Of a DNA stretch of 24,000 nucleotides, positions 1-9,588 are shown piece by piece (position 1 is the first letter of the stretch; each line of letters begins with the position of its first letter). The notes beneath the pieces were generated by a model that worked only from the letters and a program-made list of their open reading frames with translations, was not told where the DNA came from and did not search any database. The DNA is from Cronobacter phage S13: the sequence record KC954775.1, one strand, 5' to 3'. The position numbers were made by a program, and so were the translations under genes.

Positions 1-903
1 CAGACCGGAGACTGGTTTGATGTTCGTAAAGGTATTAGTCACCGAACGATGGAATTCATTCGTGAAGACATTTTACCTATGCTTGAAAAGCAGTTTGATA
101 AAATTTATGTGACTGTCGGCAATCACGACATGCACTATAAAAACAAAATCACTCCTAACTCACCTCGTGAGTTACTTGCGAAATATCCATATTTCGAGAT
201 CATCGATAGTCCGAAAACTGTCGTATTTGATGGAATAAGTTTTGATTTAATCCCATGGATGTGTAAAGAGAACGAGAAAGAGATCAAATCGTTCATTGAT
301 AACACTGTTTCCAAATATAACGTTGGTCATTGGGAGCTTGACGGATTTTATTTCTATCGTGGAATGAAATCAGCTGGTGATAATCCTGAATTCTTACACA
401 AATATAAGAAAGTTTTCTGTGGACATTTTCACACACAATCCGAAGGTGGAAACATTCACTATGTCGGAACTCCCTACACAATCACGCTAGGTGATGCGAA
501 CGACCCAAGAGGATTCTGGGTATTCAATCCTGCTGATGAATCTATGACGTTTAATAAAAATCCGTTGACATATCATGTTAGATTGTATTATGATGAAGCA
601 ACGTGGGATCGCAAACCTGAAACGTTTAAAGATCGTGTTGTTAAAATCATTGTCACTAAGAGCGGTAAAAAGCTTGAGAAAGTGCTGGACGCTTTTGAAC
701 AAAGCTGCCATGAATTGGTGATAGAATATCGCGAAGAAATCGACGAAGCGAAGGAAGACGCGTCCGAAGAAGTTTCCGTTAAGAAACTTATGGACGTTGT
801 GAAAGAACGTGTTGAAGGACTCGATATCAGCGAAGAACAACAAAAGTTGGTTTTAGGTGTTATGCGAGGACTACACGCCGAAGCACTTGCAAAGGATAAT
901 TAA
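1..903 (+). CDS. 47: gp47-like recombination endonuclease subunit (Mre11/SbcD-type), 5' truncated by window edge
   Basis: Frame 1 is open from base 1 (QTGDWFDVRKGISHRTMEFIRE...), upstream of the listed ATG at 49. Metallophosphoesterase motifs GNHD and GHFHT; strong similarity to T4 gp47 (DVRK..THKTMEF, ELLAKYP, DLIPWMC, VGHWEL.GFYFY.GMKS, DPRGFW). Confidence 0.96.
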   Translation, partial: QTGDWFDVRKGISHRTMEFIREDILPMLEKQFDKIYVTVGNHDMHYKNKITPNSPRELLAKYPYFEIIDSPKTVVFDGISFDLIPWMCKENEKEIKSFIDNTVSKYNVGHWELDGFYFYRGMKSAGDNPEFLHKYKKVFCGHFHTQSEGGNIHYVGTPYTITLGDANDPRGFWVFNPADESMTFNKNPLTYHVRLYYDEATWDRKPETFKDRVVKIIVTKSGKKLEKVLDAFEQSCHELVIEYREEIDEAKEDASEEVSVKKLMDVVKERVEGLDISEEQQKLVLGVMRGLHAEALAKDN

Positions 904-2606
904 TGAAACTTGTATTCAATCGAATCAAGTATCAAAATTTGATGTCCGTGGGTCAAAAGCCCGTGGACATTCAACTTGATTCAGTAAAGAAAACGCTTAT
1001 CACTGGTAAAAACGGTGGTGGCAAATCAACGATGTTAGAAGCACTTTGTTTTGGTTTATTCGGGACCCCATTTCGTAAAATCAAAAAAGGTCAGCTTGTC
1101 AATAGTCAGAACAAGAAAAACTGTTTAATCGAACTGTGGTTCACCCATGGTCGTGATACTTATTACATCAAACGAGGCATTAAACCGAACGTTTTTCAGG
1201 TGACAAAAAATGATGTCGAGTGGGATGAAGCTAGTTCTTTGGGTGATTTTCAGACCCGATTAGAAGAACAGTTAAAAATTAGTCCTATTGCCTTTCGTCA
1301 GGTCGTCGTTTTGGGTACTGCCGGATATGTTCCTTTTATGGAATTGACAACCCCGAATCGTCGCAAACTCGTCGAAGAATTGTTGGAAGTTGCTGTGTTA
1401 GGCATCATGGCTGATCTGAATAAGTCAGAAATCAAAGGTCTGACACAAGAAATGTCACTGATCGAAAACCGAATCGATTCCGTGCGAAGGGAGATTGAAT
1501 CTCACCAGACGTACATCGACAAGCAAAAAGCTTCCGAAGACTCCCACATCGAGGACCTTCGTCAGGAATTTGATACCCATATCAATGCTATCAAAGACTA
1601 TCGCGACCAAATTAGTGAGCTTGAATCTCAGCTTATTGAGTTGACCGAGCAGATTGACACTTCCTTAAGCAGTAATATCACAAAATATACATCCATTCTG
1701 CAAAAGCTTACTGATGCGTTGACAGACCGAGAAAGTATGTTAGAATCTTTCAAATCGGGTAAATGTCCGACCTGTAATCAAAGTTTTGCTGATCATGATA
1801 AAATTTCCGCAACCGAGCATAATATTTCCGATATTATCAGTAAGAAAAAAGAAATTAATGAAAAGCTTGACATTGCATTACAGGATAAAGTAAAATCTGA
1901 CTTACTGAGCGAAAAAATTTCAGCAATACAAACTGAAATGAACGGTCTGAAAAGTAAAATGTCAGTTCACGTTCAGAGTGCAAAAACTCTTAAAGCTAAA
2001 ATTTCAGACCTTGAAACCGCGGTTGAAATCGATTATAGTAATATCGATGCGTTAAAAGCTGAAATGGCCAAGCTGAAAGAAGATAAAACGAAGCTGTTTG
2101 ACCAGAAGTACACACGAACGATTGCAGCAGACCTGTTGAAGGACTCAGGGATTAAAGCCAGTATCGTTAAACGTTATATTCCTGTATTTAATAAAAAGAT
2201 TAATCATTACCTGAAGATTATGGGTGCTGATTACACCTTTACGATTGATGAAGAATTTAACGAAGTGATTAAGTCTCGCGGACGAGAAGATTTTAGCTAC
2301 GAATCATTCTCTCAGGGAGAACGTGCTCGAATCGATCTAAGCTTGCTTTTCACTTGGCGAGATATTAGCTCCCTCGTGTCAGGTATGGAAATTAACCTGT
2401 TAATTCTTGACGAGGTGTTTGATTCTGCAACCGATGGTGAAGGCGTTAAGTCAATCACCAGAATTCTTGATTCGTTGAACAGTAATATTTTTGTTATCAG
2501 TCATCGAGAAGAACACGACAAAGAAGCATTTGGACGTTGGTTACAAATGATCAAAAAAGGTCGATTCTCTGTTATGGAAACGAAACATGTTCAAGAATCT
2601 GCATGA
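903..2606 (+). CDS. 46: gp46-like recombination endonuclease subunit (Rad50/SbcC-type ATPase)
   Basis: Walker A GKNGGGKST, zinc-hook CPTC, signature SFSQGERARIDLSLLFTWRD, Walker B LLILDEVFD. Start overlaps gene 47 stop. Confidence 0.97.
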   Translation: MKLVFNRIKYQNLMSVGQKPVDIQLDSVKKTLITGKNGGGKSTMLEALCFGLFGTPFRKIKKGQLVNSQNKKNCLIELWFTHGRDTYYIKRGIKPNVFQVTKNDVEWDEASSLGDFQTRLEEQLKISPIAFRQVVVLGTAGYVPFMELTTPNRRKLVEELLEVAVLGIMADLNKSEIKGLTQEMSLIENRIDSVRREIESHQTYIDKQKASEDSHIEDLRQEFDTHINAIKDYRDQISELESQLIELTEQIDTSLSSNITKYTSILQKLTDALTDRESMLESFKSGKCPTCNQSFADHDKISATEHNISDIISKKKEINEKLDIALQDKVKSDLLSEKISAIQTEMNGLKSKMSVHVQSAKTLKAKISDLETAVEIDYSNIDALKAEMAKLKEDKTKLFDQKYTRTIAADLLKDSGIKASIVKRYIPVFNKKINHYLKIMGADYTFTIDEEFNEVIKSRGREDFSYESFSQGERARIDLSLLFTWRDISSLVSGMEINLLILDEVFDSATDGEGVKSITRILDSLNSNIFVISHREEHDKEAFGRWLQMIKKGRFSVMETKHVQESA

Positions 2607-2769
2607 AGTATATCCAGAGGTGAAGTATCACCTCTTAATTAACAAGTTGACGCAAGAAGAACATCATGTTACAATGCCTCAACTGATTGAGTTATATGGT
2701 GAAGAAAAGGTTATTCGAATGTCGAATAATTCAGATTCTCACTGGTTAATTGTTGATATTCCAAATTAA
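2587..2769 (+). CDS. small hypothetical protein (60 aa) between genes 46 and 45
   Basis: Complete ORF overlapping the 3' end of gene 46 and filling the gap to gene 45. No family recognised. Confidence 0.65.
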   Translation: MFKNLHEVYPEVKYHLLINKLTQEEHHVTMPQLIELYGEEKVIRMSNNSDSHWLIVDIPN

Positions 2770-2777
2770 GGTATGAA

Positions 2778-3467
2778 ATGAAACTGTCCGAAAAAACACT
2801 GCTTGTTCTGAAAAACTTCCAGAAAATTAACAAAGGTCTTGTGCTTGTTAAAGGCAATTTGCTTATGACCAAGTCCGATGATAATGTTCTTTACGCCGAA
2901 GCGACAATTGACGAAACAATCTCCGAAGATTTTGCGATTTACGATCTAGGTGAGTTCATCAACTATCTGAGTCTGATCGGTATTGATTCGAAGCTTGAGC
3001 CGAACATGGTCGATCTGAAACTACGAATCAAAGGCGAATCCGGTAAAAAAGGTGTAATGAACCTTGCTGATCCTTCTGTCGTTGTTCATCCGAAGAAACG
3101 TATCACAACTCCAGTTGCGGACGTTCTTTTTGAACTGAAATCCGAGCAGTTTGACGACATTCTGAACGGTGCAAGCATTTCAGGTCATAAAACTCTGCGA
3201 TTCTCTGTTGGAGATCATCAAGGAACTCCACACATTTTCGCTGATGTTATGGATCCGAAAGATTCAAGCGCAAACATTGTATCCTTCCCGATTCAAGTGT
3301 ACGATGGTAAAGATGAATTTAACTTCTACGTTAACATCGATAACCTGAAAATGCTGAAATCTGATTATAAGGTTGAAGTTAGTCAGAAAGGTGCGATCAC
3401 GTTTGTTAACGATTCTGTGAAATATGTTGTTGCGCTCGAAGCGACCAGCTCATTCACCGCCGGTTAA
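2778..3467 (+). CDS. 45: gp45-like sliding clamp
   Basis: N-terminus MKLSEKTLLVLKNFQKINKGLVLVKG and C-terminus VKYVVALEATSS resemble T4 gp45 (MKLSKDTTALLKNF.., ANYVVALEADS). Correct size and synteny; AAGG SD. Confidence 0.95.
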   Translation: MKLSEKTLLVLKNFQKINKGLVLVKGNLLMTKSDDNVLYAEATIDETISEDFAIYDLGEFINYLSLIGIDSKLEPNMVDLKLRIKGESGKKGVMNLADPSVVVHPKKRITTPVADVLFELKSEQFDDILNGASISGHKTLRFSVGDHQGTPHIFADVMDPKDSSANIVSFPIQVYDGKDEFNFYVNIDNLKMLKSDYKVEVSQKGAITFVNDSVKYVVALEATSSFTAG

Positions 3468-3472
3468 AAAGT

Positions 3473-3492
3473 GTGGGAGAGAAATCTCCCAC
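3473..3492 (+). promoter_or_regulatory. intercistronic RNA hairpin (8-bp perfect stem, GAAA loop) between genes 45 and 44
   Basis: GTGGGAGA-GAAA-TCTCCCAC; only a diffuse U-rich stretch (ATTTTATTG) downstream. Confidence 0.75.
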
Positions 3493-3526
3493 CGGGGATT
3501 TTATTGTTTAACTAAATGAGGAAAAC

Positions 3527-4495
3527 ATGATGGATTTTGTTGTAAACGAACATATGTGGGAACAAAAATACCGTCCGCAAAAACTTGCTGATTGTATTTT
3601 GCCTGAAATGGACAGAAAAACTTTCGCCGGTATGATTAAAGCAGGACGAATTGGTCATACGATCTTAGTGAGTAAGTCACCAGGTACCGGTAAAACGACC
3701 ATGGCAGAAGTTCTTTGTATGGAACTTGATGCTGAATGGATTAAAATCAACGGTTCAGATTGCACAGTTTCGGTAATTCGTGAAAAGTTAACCAAGTTTG
3801 CATCAACGAAAACGATGAAACCTGGTGGTAAAATCATTATTATCGATGAGTTTGACCGTAAACAATTACAAGAATCCCAGTTACTGATGCGCGCATTTAT
3901 GGAAGCATATTCCCATAACTGTTCGATCATCATCACAGCAAACAACGCCGACGGTATTATCGAACCTCTGAAATCTCGTTCAACTGTTATCGAGTTCGGT
4001 AAAGCAACTGAGGAAGATGCTCCTAAGATGTGGTTAGAAATGACCCGTCGTCTGTTGAGTATCTGCGAAGCTGAAGGTGTGGAAGTTTCAGGAGACGAAG
4101 GAAAGAAAAGCATTCTTTCATTGGTGAAATCGAAATTTCCGGATCTTCGTTCATGCATCACGACTTTAAACCGTTATGCAAAGACAGGAAAGATTGATGC
4201 CGGAATGTTAAGTCTCCAGAGTCGAGCGACGAACGATATGGACGATTTGATTGACGCGTTGCGTAATAAGAAATTCGCCAAGTTTCGTGCTTTAGTTCCA
4301 AACTTTGCGATTGATTACAGCGCGTTTATAACCAAGTTTTATGAGCGAATTTTCAAAGAAGTGAAGCCAGAAAGTCTTCCTATTGTTATTGAAGCGATTG
4401 GTCGAAATCAGGCGTCCTATGCGAATGTCGCAAATCTTGAAATTCATGTTAGTTGGATGTTGACCGAAATCATGTTAGAGGTGTCCTGGAAATGA
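3527..4495 (+). CDS. 44: gp44-like clamp loader large subunit (AAA+ ATPase)
   Basis: EQKYRP, PGTGKTT Walker A, VIDEFD-type IIIDEFDR Walker B, SFMEAYS.NCSIIITANN; closely resembles T4 gp44. GAGGA SD. Confidence 0.97.
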   Translation: MMDFVVNEHMWEQKYRPQKLADCILPEMDRKTFAGMIKAGRIGHTILVSKSPGTGKTTMAEVLCMELDAEWIKINGSDCTVSVIREKLTKFASTKTMKPGGKIIIIDEFDRKQLQESQLLMRAFMEAYSHNCSIIITANNADGIIEPLKSRSTVIEFGKATEEDAPKMWLEMTRRLLSICEAEGVEVSGDEGKKSILSLVKSKFPDLRSCITTLNRYAKTGKIDAGMLSLQSRATNDMDDLIDALRNKKFAKFRALVPNFAIDYSAFITKFYERIFKEVKPESLPIVIEAIGRNQASYANVANLEIHVSWMLTEIMLEVSWK

Positions 4496-5085
4496 GTTTA
4501 GCGGCGCTTTTAGACGAACCAGAATTAAATGAGTTCCAGAAAGCGTTCTATTCTGGTGACGTCAAAGAAATGAAACGTTTAGCGGAGACTTTCAAAACTC
4601 CTCGTGAACAAGTTATTTTTCAGATTATTGATGAAATCATGGTCGGTAAGCGTCGAATGATGGTTGATGAAATTGCAGAATATGATCAAGTATTGATTAA
4701 TAATGCGTTAAGTCAGCATGTCGATTGTATGTATCATGCCGAAGTGATGAATTCATTGATCGGTTCCGATCGAAAAGAGTTTATAAGCAATCAGATGCAT
4801 TTTGATTACTTATGGGCATCAATTCGTAGAGCTAAGCGCCCTCGCGTGAAATGGGCGAAAGGTAGCACATCGGAAGATAAACTGATTATCGCTTGTATCT
4901 CGGAACTTTATGATTTGTCCGAATCGAAAGCGATTGAGTATTTCCGAGAGTTTGATCAAGAGATCATTTCTCATATTAAACACCGCTCGAAAGCGTTTGC
5001 GAGCAGTGAAGAATTTTTAAAACGCAAATTTAACCTTCCGAAAAATCTGCTTGCGGAAATGCAAGCAATGGCAAATAAATGGTGA
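4492..5085 (+). CDS. 62: gp62-like clamp loader small subunit
   Basis: ATG at 4492 overlaps gene 44 stop (ATGA), as in T4. MSLAALLDEPELNEFQKAFYSGD..., NALSQH..CM..., WASI.RAKR..KWAK resemble T4 gp62. The listed start at 4453 is an in-frame extension into gene 44. Confidence 0.92.
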   Translation: MSLAALLDEPELNEFQKAFYSGDVKEMKRLAETFKTPREQVIFQIIDEIMVGKRRMMVDEIAEYDQVLINNALSQHVDCMYHAEVMNSLIGSDRKEFISNQMHFDYLWASIRRAKRPRVKWAKGSTSEDKLIIACISELYDLSESKAIEYFREFDQEIISHIKHRSKAFASSEEFLKRKFNLPKNLLAEMQAMANKW

Positions 5086-5088
5086 TGT

Positions 5089-5454
5089 ATGTTAGAAATT
5101 AGTCTGAATAAAAGTGATGATTTTCTGAAAATCCGTGAAACTTTGACTCGAATTGGTATTGCCAATAACAAAACAAAAACTCTGTATCAGTCTTGTCATA
5201 TTCTACAAAAGCAAGGCAAATATTTCATTGTTCATTTTAAAGAACTTCTGAAACTTGATGGTCGTGTGGTCGATTTCAACGAAGAAGATCAAATTCGTCG
5301 AAATGATATTGCGAAACTTCTTGAAGATTGGGGCCTTTGTGCTATAATCGAATCCGAAAAGTATGACTTCCGAGGTGACAATCATTTCCGAATCATCAAT
5401 TTCGCAGCAAAAGAACAATGGAAACTTGTTCACAAATATAAAATCGGTAACTAA
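5089..5454 (+). CDS. regA: RegA-like translational repressor
   Basis: MLEISLNKSDDFLKIRETLTRIGIANNKTKTLYQSCHILQKQGKYFIVHFKELLKLDGR... and C-term EWKLV.KYKIGN closely resemble T4 RegA. Confidence 0.97.
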   Translation: MLEISLNKSDDFLKIRETLTRIGIANNKTKTLYQSCHILQKQGKYFIVHFKELLKLDGRVVDFNEEDQIRRNDIAKLLEDWGLCAIIESEKYDFRGDNHFRIINFAAKEQWKLVHKYKIGN

Positions 5455-5471
5455 TTTTAGTCCCGAAGCGT

Positions 5472-5491
5472 GTGGGAGAGTTATCTCCCAC
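5472..5491 (+). promoter_or_regulatory. RNA hairpin (8-bp perfect stem, GTTA loop) just upstream of gene 43 SD; candidate translational operator
   Basis: GTGGGAGA-GTTA-TCTCCCAC, 9 nt upstream of AGGAA; position corresponds to the T4/RB69 gene 43 autogenous operator region. Confidence 0.65.
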
Positions 5492-5510
5492 CCTCACAAA
5501 AGGAATAATA

Positions 5511-8168
5511 ATGAATCAGTATTACACAAACGTTGAACTAATCGGTAACTATATCTTAGAGCGTTATTTGGTTGATGGTGTCGAACATCGTCGCAAAGTT
5601 CCGTTTGAGCCTTCCCTTTTTCATCACTGTCAAGAAACATCTCCGTATAAAGACATTTATAACCGAAATGTTCGTGAGAAATTCTTTGATAGCATTTCCG
5701 ATGCTCGTAAGTGGAAAAAAGACATGTCTGAATTCGGTAAAGAAGTCATGGGCATGGACGATTTCATCTTACAATACCTCTACAAAAACTATACCTCAGA
5801 AATTAAATTTGATATTGGTGAAATCGATATTGCCAACGTGGATATCGAAGTTGTCAGTAAAGATGGATTCCCAGAGCCGTCAATCTGTCGTTGGGAAATC
5901 GATGCAATAACCCATTTCAGTTCGTTACGAAATACTTATTTTGTTTTCAGCACGCGTAAATGGTGTAAAGCGAAAAGCATTCTACCTGAGCGCATTCTCG
6001 ACCGTGTTGATTATCAGTATTTCGAAACCGAAAAAGAAATGATGATCGCGTATATTAATTTCTGGCGTCAAAATACTCCTAACGTATTAACTGGATGGAA
6101 CGTTGAACGGTTCGACTTGCCATATATTATCAATCGAATTAAAAAACTGTGGGGCGATAAAGCACCAGATAAATTGAGTCCTTGGGGCAAGATTGAAGAA
6201 AAAACAGTTTATAACATGGCAGGTGCAGAAGAACAGGTTTATAAAATCGTCGGTGTTAACCTGATCGATTATCTGGAACTGTATAAGAAATTCACGTTCA
6301 CAACTCGTCCGAGTTATAAACTGGGTTATATCGGTGAAGTTGAACTCGGTGATACCAAACTTGAATTTGATGGTCCTCTGTGGCAGTTAGCAGAACAAGA
6401 TCCTCAGACTTATGTTGACTATAACATTAAAGACGTTGATCTGGTTGTTCGTCTTGATGATCGTTTGAACTTATTCCTTCTGGTTCTGTCGGTAAGCTAT
6501 TATGCGCGTGTTAACTATAACAATGTATTCAGTCCGTTAAAAACGTGGGACGGCATCATCCATTACAGCCTGATGCAGCAGAACAAGATCATCCCAGAAA
6601 ACAAAAAGCACAGCAAAGAAGACTACGGTGGTGCGTTCGTTAAAGATCCAATCATGGGTTATCATCGTTGGTTAGTGAGCTTTGACTTAACATCACTTTA
6701 TCCGATGTTGCTGATGCAATATAATATCAGTCCTGAAACTCTGAGTGATTATTTCACTCCTGGTGATCTGGAAGAGTTCATCGAAAAAACGTTTGACTGG
6801 AATCGTATGGATTACAGTTGCACACCGAACGGTATGATGTATCTGAAAACCAAACGAGGTGTGATTCCAACTGAAATCGAAAAGGTGTTTAAACAGCGTA
6901 AAGATCACAAAAACACCAGTTTCAAATTCAACTTTATGCACGAAAAGGCGAAATTAGCACTGCATGAAAACGCAAACGGAACCGAAACGATTGACGACAT
7001 TTATTCCCTGTTGGGTAAAGAAGTCGAAGATCTGAAACTGTTAAGCAAAGAAACTTTAGAAAGTATTATTCCACTTTCTGCGAAACTCGAAAAGATTCAT
7101 GATGTTCAGCAGCAAGCGCGAAAAGTTTTGATCAACTCATTGTATGGTGCGTTAGGCAACGAATTCTTCCGTTATTACGATATTCGTAACGCCGAAGCTG
7201 TAACAAGTTCTGGTCGTCTGAGTATTCGTTGGATTGAACGTAAGTTAAACGAATATTTCAATAAGATTATTGGAACAACTGCGGTTGATTATGTCGTTTA
7301 TATCGATACCGATTCCGTTTATCTGCGACTTGGTGATTTGGTTGATAAAGTCTGCGAAATGAAGAAGATCAAAGAATCTGATTGGACTAAACTCCAGTGG
7401 GTTGATTTCTTGGACAAATTCGCAAAAGATAAAGTTGAACCGTATATTCTGAAATCTTATGAAGAACTTGCTGAATATATGAATGCTTATGAACAGAAAA
7501 TGTTCATGGACCGAGAAGCAATTGCAGATACGGGATTCTGGACAGCAAAAAAACGTTATTGTCTGAACGTTTGGGACAACGAAGGCAAACGAATCTATGA
7601 CGAAGAAGGCAAACTAAAATCGAAACTGAAAATTATGGGTATCGAAACACAGAGAAGCTCCACTCCTCCGTTTGTTGCGAAATCTCTGAAAGAAAGCATT
7701 CGTTTGATTCTGCAAACAGATGAACAAACGTTACAGGAACACGTTGCGAAAGTTAGTTCCGAATATCGTAGTCGTCCATATCAGGACATTAGTTCTGTAA
7801 CGTCCGCGAACAATATCGAGAAATATAGCGACAAGTATTATAATCCGCTTAAAGGTTGTTTAGGACACATCAAAGGCGTGTTAGCATATAACCGAATGAG
7901 TGTTTCGTTTAATGAAGTTGACCCAATTCGTTCAGGCGAAAAAGTTCAATTGCTGTTGTTGAAACCTAATAATCCAACTCGAAGTGAAATCATTGCATAT
8001 CCGTCCGGCGGTAAAATTCCAGATGAATTTGCTCTTGACTTGAAGAACATCATCAATTATAATTTGATGTACGAAAAGCACTTCTTAAAACCGTTGTTGA
8101 ATATTTGTGGTTCTATTAACTGGAAACACGAACCGAGCAACGATTTGTCATCAATCTTTGATATTTGA
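5511..8168 (+). CDS. 43: gp43-like family B DNA polymerase
   Basis: Exo motif DIEV, SLYPMLLMQYNISPETL, KVLINSLYGALGNEFFRYYD, YIDTDSVY. ATG at 5511 with AGGAA SD matches the T4 gp43 N-terminus; the listed GTG at 5472 lies in the hairpin and is unlikely. Confidence 0.97.
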   Translation: MNQYYTNVELIGNYILERYLVDGVEHRRKVPFEPSLFHHCQETSPYKDIYNRNVREKFFDSISDARKWKKDMSEFGKEVMGMDDFILQYLYKNYTSEIKFDIGEIDIANVDIEVVSKDGFPEPSICRWEIDAITHFSSLRNTYFVFSTRKWCKAKSILPERILDRVDYQYFETEKEMMIAYINFWRQNTPNVLTGWNVERFDLPYIINRIKKLWGDKAPDKLSPWGKIEEKTVYNMAGAEEQVYKIVGVNLIDYLELYKKFTFTTRPSYKLGYIGEVELGDTKLEFDGPLWQLAEQDPQTYVDYNIKDVDLVVRLDDRLNLFLLVLSVSYYARVNYNNVFSPLKTWDGIIHYSLMQQNKIIPENKKHSKEDYGGAFVKDPIMGYHRWLVSFDLTSLYPMLLMQYNISPETLSDYFTPGDLEEFIEKTFDWNRMDYSCTPNGMMYLKTKRGVIPTEIEKVFKQRKDHKNTSFKFNFMHEKAKLALHENANGTETIDDIYSLLGKEVEDLKLLSKETLESIIPLSAKLEKIHDVQQQARKVLINSLYGALGNEFFRYYDIRNAEAVTSSGRLSIRWIERKLNEYFNKIIGTTAVDYVVYIDTDSVYLRLGDLVDKVCEMKKIKESDWTKLQWVDFLDKFAKDKVEPYILKSYEELAEYMNAYEQKMFMDREAIADTGFWTAKKRYCLNVWDNEGKRIYDEEGKLKSKLKIMGIETQRSSTPPFVAKSLKESIRLILQTDEQTLQEHVAKVSSEYRSRPYQDISSVTSANNIEKYSDKYYNPLKGCLGHIKGVLAYNRMSVSFNEVDPIRSGEKVQLLLLKPNNPTRSEIIAYPSGGKIPDEFALDLKNIINYNLMYEKHFLKPLLNICGSINWKHEPSNDLSSIFDI

Positions 8169-8171
8169 TTA

Positions 8172-8190
8172 GGGTCTTCGGACCCTTTTA
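8172..8190 (+). terminator. Rho-independent terminator after gene 43 (TTCG tetraloop)
   Basis: GGGTC-TTCG-GACCC followed by TTTTATT. Confidence 0.85.
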
Positions 8191-8191
8191 T

Positions 8192-8217
8192 TATGCTTAT
8201 TATGAGGAACTTAAAAT
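8192..8217 (+). promoter_or_regulatory. possible MotA-type middle promoter of uvsX
   Basis: TATGCTTAT box followed 11 nt later by TAAAAT. TGCTT core present, but spacing is slightly short and a MotA homologue is not in this window. Confidence 0.35.
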
Positions 8218-8227
8218 GGAAACTTAA

Positions 8228-9298
8228 ATGAGCTTAAAAGATAAACTGTTAAAAAACTCTACAATCAAAATGTCCGCAACCCTGGACAACTCCAAGCTGT
8301 TTAACGATGTTGATGTGTGTCAGACTCGCGTCCCTCTGTTAAATCTTGCCCTGAGCGGGAAATTCAATGGTGGTTTGACCTCAGGACTGACTGTATTAGC
8401 GGGTCCGTCTAAACACTTCAAATCAAATCTCGGTCTTGTGCTCGTTAGTTCATATATGAAAAAACATGCTGATGCCATTTGTTTGTTCTATGATTCAGAG
8501 TTCGGTTCAAAAGATTCCTATTTCAGATCCCAAGGTGTTGATCCTGAGCGAGTTATTCATAACCCAATCAAAAACATCGAAGAACTGAAATTTGATATCG
8601 TGAAGCAGTTGGAAGAAATTGAACGTGGTGAACATGTGATTGTTTTCATCGACTCAATTGGCAACACCGCATCGAAAAAAGAGCTGGAAGATGCACTGAA
8701 TGAAAAATCAGTAACTGATATGTCACGAGCGAAGCAGATTAAATCCCTGTTCCGTATGATTACTCCGTATCTGACCCTGAAAGATCTGCCGTGTGTCGCA
8801 ATTAATCACACTTACGAAACCCAGGAAATGTTCAGCAAGACCGTTATGTCTGGTGGTACCGGTATTCAATATTCTGCCGATACTGTATTCATTATTGGTC
8901 GTCAGCAGCAGAAAGAAGGCACCGAAATTGTCGGTTATAACTTCGTTCTGAATATCGAAAAGTCTCGATACATCAAAGAAAAATCAAAACTGCCAATTTC
9001 TGTAACATTCGAAGGCGGTATTAACACATTCTCTGGTCTTCTTGACTTAGCACAGGAAGTTGGATTTGTTGTAAAACCTAAAAACGGTTGGTATGCTCGC
9101 GCTTATCTGGACGAAGAAACTGGTGAAATCGTTCCTGAAGATAAAAACTGGCGCGCAAAGGATACCGATTCTCTTGAGTTCTGGAAACCAATGTTTGCTC
9201 ATAAAGCGTTTAAAGATGCGTGTAATGACCGTTATGCGCTGAAAGTCGCAGTGGTTGATGCCGAACTTGAATCAGAAGTGAAGGATTTATTGGGATGA
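8228..9298 (+). CDS. uvsX: UvsX-like RecA-family recombinase
   Basis: GPSKHFKSN Walker A, CLFYDSEFG, VDPERVIH, FIDSIGN, AINHTYETQEMFSKTVM, VVKPKNGWYAR resemble T4 UvsX. Confidence 0.96.
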   Translation: MSLKDKLLKNSTIKMSATLDNSKLFNDVDVCQTRVPLLNLALSGKFNGGLTSGLTVLAGPSKHFKSNLGLVLVSSYMKKHADAICLFYDSEFGSKDSYFRSQGVDPERVIHNPIKNIEELKFDIVKQLEEIERGEHVIVFIDSIGNTASKKELEDALNEKSVTDMSRAKQIKSLFRMITPYLTLKDLPCVAINHTYETQEMFSKTVMSGGTGIQYSADTVFIIGRQQQKEGTEIVGYNFVLNIEKSRYIKEKSKLPISVTFEGGINTFSGLLDLAQEVGFVVKPKNGWYARAYLDEETGEIVPEDKNWRAKDTDSLEFWKPMFAHKAFKDACNDRYALKVAVVDAELESEVKDLLG

Positions 9299-9588
9299 AC
9301 CCAGAAGACGCAGCAAAAAGTCTGATTACGGAGGCTCATGCCTCCGTAGTTTCTCAATTTTTTATTGAGAATGGAAAAGATAGACATATCATCTATATTC
9401 ATGATATTATTATAAAGCCGAATGGTGAGCTTGATATAAAATACAGCACCCCAAGCGAGCATGTGGATAAAGAATGGCTTTATAATGAAGTTCAGAAAGC
9501 TATTAAACTAATTCTTGATGATGTTATTCAGCAAGAGAAAGAAAAATCATTCTTTAAAAAAGTTTTGAACTTATTCAAAGGTAAATAA
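9295..9588 (+). CDS. small protein at the gene 40 position (possible head vertex assembly chaperone, gp40-like)
   Basis: ATGA overlap with uvsX and overlap with gene 41; same uvsX-40-41 position as T4. Assignment is mainly by synteny. Confidence 0.5.
   Translation: MNPEDAAKSLITEAHASVVSQFFIENGKDRHIIYIHDIIIKPNGELDIKYSTPSEHVDKEWLYNEVQKAIKLILDDVIQQEKEKSFFKKVLNLFKGK

Noticed and set aside
1651-1720. TTGACA with a nearby TAATAT inside gene 46
   Set aside because: The spacer is about 13 bp, too short for a sigma70 promoter, and it lies inside a coding region.
2773-2781. ATG AAA TGA minicistron overlapping the gene 45 start
   Set aside because: The SD (AAGG, 2768-2771) is only 1 nt from this ATG and is properly spaced for the real gene 45 ATG at 2778, so a functional minicistron is unlikely.
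4453-4491. Alternative start of gene 62 inside gene 44
   Set aside because: ATG 4492 overlaps the gene 44 stop as in T4 and matches the T4 gp62 N-terminus (MSL...).
5472-5510. GTG-initiated N-terminal extension of DNA polymerase
   Set aside because: It lies within the hairpin and lacks an SD. ATG 5511 has AGGAA and matches the T4 gp43 N-terminus.
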